DNA from: a virus
Taxonomy: Duplodnaviria; Heunggongvirae; Uroviricota; Caudoviricetes
Virus record (IMG/VR): IMGVR_UViG_3300042569_002502
Strand: one strand, 5' to 3'
DNA length: 64,000 bases
A model generated the notes under the pieces. That model was not told the DNA's origin, ran no database searches, and saw nothing but the letters and a program-made list of their open reading frames with translations. Position 1 is the first letter of the stretch. The number at the start of each line of letters is the position of its first letter. This document shows positions 31,351 through 40,500 of the stretch, in pieces. The translations under genes and the position numbers were made by a program.

Positions 31351-34300
31351 TTATAGGTTTTTAATAGCTTTTACAATAGATCCATTTCTAGATTTTATTT
31401 TAGCCCCATATTTCCCAGTGTCCTCTTTTGAAGATTTTTTAGTGTCCACAGTAGTGGGTCTAGCAAAAGGGTTTCCTTCTAAATTAAACTGTGCAGGATC
31501 ATTGTAATTAATAGCCTGCCCTTTAGGTCCAAATCTATAATTATATAGATTTTCGTATATGCCTAATGTTTTGTTTTCTAATCTGTTTTTAGCCATTTTG
31601 TCAGAAATAGAACTAAGAGCTGCTTGAGCTTGTTGTTTTGTATTTGTTTTTGCTTGAGCTTGTCTAGTGTATTGTTGATCGTAAAGAGTTAGATTTTTTA
31701 ACTGAGCATCATTTAGTGTTCCTCTGTTCCTATTATAAACACCTGCTCTTTCCGCTTGGTTCATTCTAAATTGATTGCCTAATACACCAGAATTAGCTCC
31801 GTATTTTTGAGCAGCTAAAGCTGATAGAGCAGCTGGATTATTTCTCACTGTCCTTTGAATTGCATTAAAATCTGCTTGATTAGCATTTAATTGATCCTGT
31901 AGAGAAATATCAAATGGTTGTTCTAGTAGTGGTTTGTAAGACTGGGCCTGAACAGGTTCTAATTGATTTGTTGCTAAAGCATATTGCTCTGCCATTAATT
32001 GAGAAGGATCTAATGGTTCTTGGTCTGTTGGTCTAAACAAAGGATTTAAATTAGATATTGCTGACTCTGCCAACCCTCTCCAGTTAAATTTTCCTTTTTG
32101 CTTTTCTTCAGGAACTGCTTTTCTAAAATCTATTGGTCCTCCTTTTGGTTCAAACCCTCCTAATGTTGGTCTTTGTCTATCAATAATAGTTTCTGCAGGA
32201 GTTCTTTTTATATCAATAAGATCGTTCATTATTTTATGATATGGGCCCACTTTCTTATCAGTAGCCAATCTCATAGCAATATTCTTTTTTTCCTCAAAAG
32301 TTTTGCCTTTTTTCAAAGCATTTTTTACATCCTCTGCATCTTGTCCACCATAGTTTTCTAAACGAGAAATAAGATCTCTAGCTTTAGTAGGGTTGTTAAA
32401 AGCTTCTTTTACTTTAGGAATCCATTTAGAAGAATAACTATCTTTATTCCAAAGCTCATTTCCAGAAACAGGCATTGCATTATAATCAATATATCCTGGT
32501 TGTTTTGCTCTTATTAAAAACTCTTCTGTACCATCTTGAGCTGTCTGTAGTTTAGCTCCAAACTTAGCTTTTTTAATTTGTCCTTTAGCAAGAGCATCAG
32601 ACTCCAGTCCTAATTCTTCTGCTGTATCAAGAATTGCATTTTGCACTTGAGCTGCTGTTTGTTTTTTCTGAGCTATATTTTTTAATTTCATATCTGCACC
32701 AATTAAATTTGCTTGTAAAGCATTCATTTCTAATCCGTCAAAAGGAGTGTAAACATCTAAATTGTTCACTCTTTCTGTAGACTTATCTATAATTTTATTT
32801 TGTTTAGCTTCTGTTTTGGAAATATCATTAATGTAATTCTTAAACTTCTTCCCTTTAGCTTTTGGATCTTGTAAAGCTTCTACACCATATTTAGGGATTT
32901 GCATATTTCCATATACCACCATGCTTTGTTCACCACCATCTTCCATCTTAATAGCTGGTTCACCTCTTTCCACTTCTACAGGGTTATCGCCATATGTCAC
33001 CCCTATACCAGATTGTCCTTTTCCATTTGTTTCCTCATGTGATTGTCCTCTGAACATCACAGTTTCTCCTGTTCCAGGGAGATATGGATTTTGAGAAATG
33101 GGTTCTGCATACCCACCCCAATGGGTTTGAAGCTCACCTCCCATTTGAAACTGATCTTGAGGGAATGTATAATTTTGTGTAATATGTCCTCCAGAGCGTA
33201 ATGTATTCATTGTTCTATCTGGAGCAAAAAGATCTTTAACATCATATTCACCAAATTTAGCTAAGACTTGTGGTTGCCAATCATTTGATACATATCCTCC
33301 ATCTTCCATGAAAGAAGAATATTGGTTTTGAATATTTTGTCCTGTTTGTTGGTAAGCAGCTCTTAGTGTATTATCTTCAGCTTGTTTTTGAAATCCTCTA
33401 AGTTTTTCTGCATCTTGTGCTCCACCTAAAGCATTTCCAGCAACACCTCCTAAAAGTCCCCCCACCATTCCACCAACGGGCCCAAAAAACGCTGTTCCTA
33501 TTGCAGATCCTACACCTTTACCTATAGAAGCTTGGCCAGAACTTTGGAAATAATCTCCAAACTCTGCTGTAGGAATATGTCCACCATGTCTAAATTGTTT
33601 TACATCTGTATCATTTAAAGGCTCATATCCAAGATCATCATAAAGAGTACCAGGATTGTACATGTTTTGTATCTCTGTTTGGTTACCACCAATTTGTGCA
33701 CCAAACTCAGCCGCTAAGAAATTACTTCCGCCACCATAACTAGGAGCCATTTGTTCTGGTTGTAAAATAGTATCTTCAGGTCTAACATATTTACGTCTCA
33801 CTTTTTCTGGACGCATTTCAGCAGCTTGTGCTGTAAGACCTGTCACTTGAGCATATTGATCAGCTTTTTTAATATTTTGTTTCTGCTGTTTCATTTCACC
33901 AAAACCTTTCATTATATCTCCTGCAGAATCAACAAGGCCAAGCCCTGCTGCACCAAGCCCTTTTGCAAATCCTGCGCCACCTTTTCCTAAAGCTCCTGCA
34001 GGTCCTACATTCATAATTTTTCCAGCTGTTCCAGATCCTCCAAAAAGATCTAATGCTTGACTACCCAATTGATTACCACTCATTCCACCAAAATTTCCAG
34101 ACCCTCCTGTAAATATACTACCAAGTCCACCTAGAATATTTCCTATTTGACCTGCTTGTTGATTATCAGTTCCTCCTTTAGCTCCTAATAAAGAACTTCC
34201 TATACCTGTTAAGGCATTCATTCCCATTTGGGCTTTTTTTATTTTCTTACCTGTTTTAGCCTTGGCCATATCATTATAATTTGTAAAGTTTGTTAATTGG

Positions 34301-35517
34301 TCTAATTTTTTTAGTTGACCTCTGTCTTGAATAGATCCACCGTCTTCCATTTTCTTTTTAGAATTCTTTTGTATAAATTCTTTTCCATAATAAGGAACAC
34401 CCATTCTTCCATAATCTTCTGGTTTAATAAATACAGTGTCTCCTTGAGGTGTTTCATATCCAACAAAAGCTCCAGGACCATTAGCATAAGGTGTTGAGGC
34501 ATATACAGGAGTTCCTTGATTATAATTAGTTTGGGGAGTAGAAATTGTTGATTGAACAACTGGTAAAGACTCTTGTTTAGTTTCTTCCTTTTTAATGTCT
34601 TTTTTTGGTTCAGATTTTTTATAGATAATAGGTTGTAATGGTTTTTTATAGATTAAGTTAGGGTCTTCTCTTTGAGGATATATCATATTTGTAGGATATA
34701 TACCAGTATTCAATGATTTGTTTAAAAGATTAACTCTTTCTTTAAAGTTCTTAGGAGAACCATATGAATACCCAGACATCTCCTTAGTACTATTTATAGC
34801 TTCTATTATATCTTTTTTAGAGACTTTTGTCTTTCCCCAATTTTTATCAGGTTTATAATCTTTTACATCATACTCATCACTATTATACTCAACAAAAGCT
34901 TTTTTACCTCTATTATATAGATTTAAACTATCAGTATAAGCTCTAAGTCTTGAATCATTAGGATTGTCTGTAAATATAGGAGTGCGACCTCCTTTTTGCA
35001 TCATTGGATATTCTATTACAGAATCTCCTTCATATACATAATCTTGGTTTGGATACATCATTTGTGTATCTCCTGTATTGCTTACACCTAAAACAGGATA
35101 GTTTACACCTTGCATGGTTATTTCATTGGAAGGTATTTCTGTTATTTTTCCTGGATGAGCCCATTGTCCTCTTGGGTCTTTTATTATTTTAGAGCCTTTC
35201 TTGCTTATAGTTTTTGGTCTGAAATCAAGACCTTCTTGATAGAATTTCATTTCCTTACCATTCTGCGCACTAGCTTTTGTTTTCTTAGCATAAGGACCAT
35301 TACTAGGAGCAGGACTATTTGTACGTGCATACATCATTCCTACAGAACCAGGAAGATTGCCACCCATTTGAAACTGTCCCCCCCATGCAGGAGAATAATT
35401 ACGTCCAATAGTGTTATACCCATCTCCTACAAAATTTGGAGATAGGTTAATAGAATAATCGTTATAGTTTAACTCTTTATCCTTTTTTACTTTCTTTTGT
35501 ATAGGTTTCTTTGCCAT
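31351..35517 (-). CDS. large Gly/Gln-rich virion protein (1388 aa) with repeated M(E/Q)xGG motifs
   Basis: ATG start. Low-complexity glycine-rich stretch (GGTDNQQAGQIGNILGGLGSIFTGGSGNFGG...GAGFAKGLGAAGLG). Recurring FQMGG/MEDGG/MQKGG motifs. This is typical of internal/ejection or tape-measure-like proteins. Confidence 0.6.
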   Translation of the reverse strand: MAKKPIQKKVKKDKELNYNDYSINLSPNFVGDGYNTIGRNYSPAWGGQFQMGGNLPGSVGMMYARTNSPAPSNGPYAKKTKASAQNGKEMKFYQEGLDFRPKTISKKGSKIIKDPRGQWAHPGKITEIPSNEITMQGVNYPVLGVSNTGDTQMMYPNQDYVYEGDSVIEYPMMQKGGRTPIFTDNPNDSRLRAYTDSLNLYNRGKKAFVEYNSDEYDVKDYKPDKNWGKTKVSKKDIIEAINSTKEMSGYSYGSPKNFKERVNLLNKSLNTGIYPTNMIYPQREDPNLIYKKPLQPIIYKKSEPKKDIKKEETKQESLPVVQSTISTPQTNYNQGTPVYASTPYANGPGAFVGYETPQGDTVFIKPEDYGRMGVPYYGKEFIQKNSKKKMEDGGSIQDRGQLKKLDQLTNFTNYNDMAKAKTGKKIKKAQMGMNALTGIGSSLLGAKGGTDNQQAGQIGNILGGLGSIFTGGSGNFGGMSGNQLGSQALDLFGGSGTAGKIMNVGPAGALGKGGAGFAKGLGAAGLGLVDSAGDIMKGFGEMKQQKQNIKKADQYAQVTGLTAQAAEMRPEKVRRKYVRPEDTILQPEQMAPSYGGGSNFLAAEFGAQIGGNQTEIQNMYNPGTLYDDLGYEPLNDTDVKQFRHGGHIPTAEFGDYFQSSGQASIGKGVGSAIGTAFFGPVGGMVGGLLGGVAGNALGGAQDAEKLRGFQKQAEDNTLRAAYQQTGQNIQNQYSSFMEDGGYVSNDWQPQVLAKFGEYDVKDLFAPDRTMNTLRSGGHITQNYTFPQDQFQMGGELQTHWGGYAEPISQNPYLPGTGETVMFRGQSHEETNGKGQSGIGVTYGDNPVEVERGEPAIKMEDGGEQSMVVYGNMQIPKYGVEALQDPKAKGKKFKNYINDISKTEAKQNKIIDKSTERVNNLDVYTPFDGLEMNALQANLIGADMKLKNIAQKKQTAAQVQNAILDTAEELGLESDALAKGQIKKAKFGAKLQTAQDGTEEFLIRAKQPGYIDYNAMPVSGNELWNKDSYSSKWIPKVKEAFNNPTKARDLISRLENYGGQDAEDVKNALKKGKTFEEKKNIAMRLATDKKVGPYHKIMNDLIDIKRTPAETIIDRQRPTLGGFEPKGGPIDFRKAVPEEKQKGKFNWRGLAESAISNLNPLFRPTDQEPLDPSQLMAEQYALATNQLEPVQAQSYKPLLEQPFDISLQDQLNANQADFNAIQRTVRNNPAALSALAAQKYGANSGVLGNQFRMNQAERAGVYNRNRGTLNDAQLKNLTLYDQQYTRQAQAKTNTKQQAQAALSSISDKMAKNRLENKTLGIYENLYNYRFGPKGQAINYNDPAQFNLEGNPFARPTTVDTKKSSKEDTGKYGAKIKSRNGSIVKAIKNL

Positions 35518-36383
35518 TATTTATAACTAATTTGAGCAGGTGCCACAATAAATTGAGAGATTAAATGAGCATCAGCTCTATCATCTAATATATGTCTTAT
35601 TTTTAATTCTTTAGCTCTTAATGGTTCCTTTTTAAAGCTTCTCTTAGAATAGTCCATATTAGGTTGGTTAATTATTTTATCCACTGATAAAGACTCACAT
35701 CCTGTTGAGAACAAAGGTATAGATTTATTCTTCACTAAAGACCAAAATGTATTGTATTGGTAGAAGTTATCAGACTTAGTAAAAGTTATAGTTTTACTTT
35801 CTGCATTATATAAAGGATATTTTAAATACTCTTTTAAGTTGTTTTTTGGTTTAGGCACTAGTTCTAAAAGTCCTGTGCTCTGTTGACCATTGTATAAAAC
35901 AGCTTTATTAAAATAAATATTGTTTATTTCTATTTTAGCATTGTTATTAAACACCCCATCTGGAATAGGAAGATATTGATACACTTTTGTATAATCCTTA
36001 ACATTCTGTAATATCTCATCTTGAAATTGATAAGAAAATGGATATTCAATTACATACGGTTGTATATCTCCGTAGTAAATATTATAAATTAATGTATTAG
36101 TTAAATGTCTCCATAAAGAAGCTGTGTTTGTATTTGTAAATTTTATATTAGCCACCTCATCCAAATAAAGCTGTTTAACAGGAATATTAATTCTTGCTTT
36201 ACATTTTCCTGTGGATTGTATTACAATAACAGTAACAGCATCATCAACACTTGCTGGAAACCCTGCAATAAGATTGTCCTTAGAAACATCAGTTCCCAAT
36301 ACATTCCCATAGTTATCTGAGATTGTAAAAGGACCTGTTCTAGTACCAGCCTTTGTTAATTTTATGAGTATTGTTTTAGACAT
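35517..36383 (-). CDS. structural protein, 288 aa
   Basis: ATG start. Its stop shares 1 nt with the start of the 1388-aa gene. No motif. Confidence 0.55.
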   Translation of the reverse strand: MSKTILIKLTKAGTRTGPFTISDNYGNVLGTDVSKDNLIAGFPASVDDAVTVIVIQSTGKCKARINIPVKQLYLDEVANIKFTNTNTASLWRHLTNTLIYNIYYGDIQPYVIEYPFSYQFQDEILQNVKDYTKVYQYLPIPDGVFNNNAKIEINNIYFNKAVLYNGQQSTGLLELVPKPKNNLKEYLKYPLYNAESKTITFTKSDNFYQYNTFWSLVKNKSIPLFSTGCESLSVDKIINQPNMDYSKRSFKKEPLRAKELKIRHILDDRADAHLISQFIVAPAQISYK

Positions 36384-36409
36384 TTATATATATTAAACTT
36401 TTATTTAAA

Positions 36410-37545
36410 TTAAGGGGCAACATTTAAATGTAAGACTGCCACTCTTTGTCTAGTTTGTCCGTTAAACTGTGTAAAAGAACCTACAACGTACACTAAATTC
36501 TGTGCTTCATTTATTTTTATACTCCTAACAAAAGTTGAAGAATCTGTGTAAAATCCAGTGGAAATAGGCCAAGAGTTATCATATGTTCCGTTTGAATTTA
36601 TTTTTACAATTCCTCCAGAAGTGTTGCCATTGTAACTTGTAAACTTACCTCCTATAACTATTTTACCATTAGACTCCCCACTTAATGCATATCCTAAATT
36701 AGAAGTGGATAGATAAGAACCAAATCCAGATCCAGCATTAGTTTTAAATGTATTATTAATTGTGTTATCTGTATTAATTTTAACAGGAACAATCCAATAA
36801 TTTGGGGAGCCAGTATTATTTTCTCCTACCGTTATCACTGAATTATCAATAGTTTGATGTGTAACTGTTGGGTAAGCACTTGTACTAGGGTCTAAATTAT
36901 AATTCACTATAAAACTTCCTGTGGAACTTATCTTAAATATTTTTGATATTACTGTTCCATTATAGTTATTAATATTGGCCCCAGTAATTATAATATCTCC
37001 ATTATTTAAAACTTCTACTGAACCAGCCTCGTTATTAATCCCAGTGCCTGTTACTAAAGTGGTATCTATACCTCCATTTGTATCCACTCTAACAATACGA
37101 TTGGCAGAAGAACCATTATAATTAGTAAATGCTCCTACTATTACTATTTTACCGTCAGTTTGAATATCAATATCTCTCACTTGTCCTGTAAATCCTGTAC
37201 CATATACAAAAGAAGAATCTATTGTACCGTCAGAATTTAATCTAATTATACTATTGGCAACAGTACCATTATAACTTGTAAAAGCTCCTCCAACTAAAAT
37301 TTTATTATCTGATTGTATTTTAACTTTATACACTCTTCCATTAAATCCACTTGTTAATCCAGTGAATGTTGGGTCAGGAACCCCTGAAGAATTAAATCTA
37401 ATTATTCTATTATATGTAACACCATTGTAAGCAGTGAAATCTCCACCAACAACATAATTATTATTAGAATCATAATCCACTGTCCATGCGTCATTATTTA
37501 ATCCTGTACCACTGTTAAAACTAGTGAGTATTTCAGCTGGTAATG
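36410..37545 (-). repeat. tandem delta-60-type beta-propeller repeats (protein level) at C-terminus of tail protein
   Basis: Repeats DFTAYNGVTYNRIIRFNSSGVPDPTF, AFTSYNGTVANSIIRLNSDGTIDSSF, AFTNYNGSSANRIVRVDTNGGIDTTL, NINNYNGTVISKIFKISSTGSF and KFTSYNGNTSGGIVKINSNGTYDNSW, spaced about 48-60 aa apart. Confidence 0.6.
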
Positions 37546-40500
37546 TAGTGGTAGTAGTTGTAGTGCAACTTCCTTCACCATCTATTACAGTGTCTGGGCC
37601 AACATGCCAGCAAGTAGTTCCGTCATATATCCATTTATTATTAAATAGCAATACAGGAAATTCTAATGCTGGATCATAATAAACTGTACATCCTATTCCA
37701 AAACTACTTCCACAACTACTATAAACAGTTAATGATGAACCATAACATCCAGGATCTGGAATACAACCTTCATTATATCCAGCTATTGCTTCACAACAAG
37801 TGTCCTGTCCACCATAACCAACACAAATACAGTTACTAAGATCTGTTACAACCACTGAAGTAGTTGCTGCAACTGTATAAACACCGCTTAATACAGTGGT
37901 TACAGGAGCTGCTGTAGCTGTTATTATTGAAAAATCAGTAATTGTTCCACCGCTAACATTTGTAGATATACCATCAACTGTTATTGTAATAGTTGAACTA
38001 TCAACAGGAACATTAAAACCCCTAAAATTTGAAGTATTCCACGCAGTGAATGTAGTATTCTCTTTCACTGCTAAACTACCACTTGATGGTGTATCAACAT
38101 CTAAAGTTTGAAGGTTACCACTAACATCTGTGTAATCTATGTATAAACGACCATCAACAAAATATTCCCCTGCTAAATCTGCTTCAGATAAAGACCAATT
38201 TATTGTAGAAGGAGGAGGACATGTAAAGAAATTATACAACATTCCTTCTGGTCCAATTAAATAATAATTTGTACCATCGCTATAATATAATGTACCACCG
38301 TTAAAAGGAATTGTACATGCTGGATCAGTATAAAAAATAGTGAGATCTACTGTTAAACTAGATGTAGTGGTATAATATGTTGTTGTTGGGCCTTCAGGAT
38401 ATAAAGAACAAGCTTCAAACTCTGTTCCACCTGAAGGTCCTAATACTACAGGATAGTTACTACAATTAATTTCTATAGATTTTACCGTTATGTTAGAAGG
38501 ATTGTTATGGTCTCTAACAGCAATATACCAAGTTCCATTATCCACCTCATCGTTTTGTAAATGAGTGACATTAAGACTAAACACTCCATTTATTGCTCCA
38601 CTTTCACTAGAATAAGGGAAAGAGTTTATATCATATTCTCCACTACCGCCAGTAATATATCCTTCTGGATAAACTCCTGTAGGGCCCACTGAGATTCTTC
38701 CACAACCATTTCCTACACATATACAAGTGTAAACAAAAGAAAAATCAATTGGTATTGGAACTGTTGTAGTAGTAGTGGTTGTAGGAGGAAGTTCTTCAAA
38801 AGCAAGAGCTTCAAGATCGCATCCTCCATTTATTCCTGAATAAAAGAAATTATTTTCTGCTATGTAAAAGTTTGGAATATAACTGTGAAAGCTTACCCAA
38901 CTTTTGGTGTTCATGTTAAAAGAAAGTGTCCAAGATTTATTACAGAAATAATTTGTATCAGACAGACTCACTACATCTTTAAATGTAACACCATTTACAA
39001 CTCTTTCTACATAAAAATCTTTTGTTGCTTCGTCATATTTAATATTTGAACTTTGAGGAATATAATCAAATTTTGATATAATCACTCTATCAAACTTACT
39101 ATCATACACTCCATGTAACCCAATTCCATTAAAGTGATTGTCTGTGTCTACTGTTGGATAGTATCTGAGTATTTCAAAAGCTAAATGATCCGTAAAAAAC
39201 TTATTCATTCCAAGCCCAAAAGCAGAAAGATCTGATGCCTGGTTACCAGTAATTAAAAATATTTGTCCTCTTTTAGCATCAACAGTAATTTGTCCTTGAG
39301 GAATTTTTAATAAAAATTTATTTTGACTTCCTACATATCCAAGATCTGTTTCAGCAAAATCAATTGGAGGAGCTGATTTAAATAATGTATCATTACCTAA
39401 ATAAGCTGCTTGTGGATTGCTTGTTTGTACAGTAAGCATTGTATTGTAAAGCAAAGACTTGTTTTCAAATCTTGCTAATACAGCTTTATTTTGAATACCA
39501 TCTAATGATGTTAGTTTACCAAAATTTTGTGGAAAATCAAAATAAGAAGTTGCACTATAGTTCAACCAGTTATTCACTCCTGAGTTTGTAAAACTCTCCT
39601 GTTGATCAGAATATATTGCCCTGAAAGGAAAAGTTGTAAAACACACTTTAGGTTCCCAGTTATTAGGAAGATGCGAAAAAAGATTTTCCTTGTTTTGTTT
39701 TGAATATGTTACGTTGTAATAATATGTATTATCTTGAGCAATAGGTACAACTGACTCTTGTAGCCAGTTATCAGGAATACCTGTACTTACATGTGGATAA
39801 AAATCTCCTTCTTGGTTGTTAAATGCTTGTCTAAGGTCTACGTTAATAGAAGATTCCACATAAAAGTATGGAATACCATAAGCATATAAATACATTTTTC
39901 CATCATAATAAGTTCTATTAGGATTTACAACAACAGGAGGCCCAGGTGTTGGTGCAGGAAGTTGACTATTAGGGCAATCAAAATTGTGAGCTTTAATAGA
40001 TATAATATTCTTCATTACAGTGCCTCCTGTTGGAGTGTAGTCACTAAGAATAGATCTAGAAGAAAACCAATATTTAGGGTAGGCTATATTTCCCACCTCA
40101 TCATAAAATATATCTGAATCATCTGGAGCATTCACTCTATCATCTATAAATAAAGGAAGTTTAGTTTTAAAAGCAAACTTTCCTATAAAAGTGTCCCCAC
40201 CAAAAACTGTATCTATTGAAGGCTGCCCATTAAGAATATTATCTATTTCTATATTTCTTTGGAAACCTGTATCAATTGTGTCATATGAATATATTTGTCC
40301 CCATTGGTTAACAAATATATTTTTCATTGATCCGTAATAAGAGATAACATCAATATGCCTTTCCTCGCTAGGAGTGGAACATTTATCATCATCAGAAGCT
40401 ACAAATCTAGAATTATCTGTAAAAAGACTCACCCCTACAGGAGCAATAGAAGGACTTTTATCTGGAAATGGAAGAGGTGTTACAACATTACCATTTCTAG

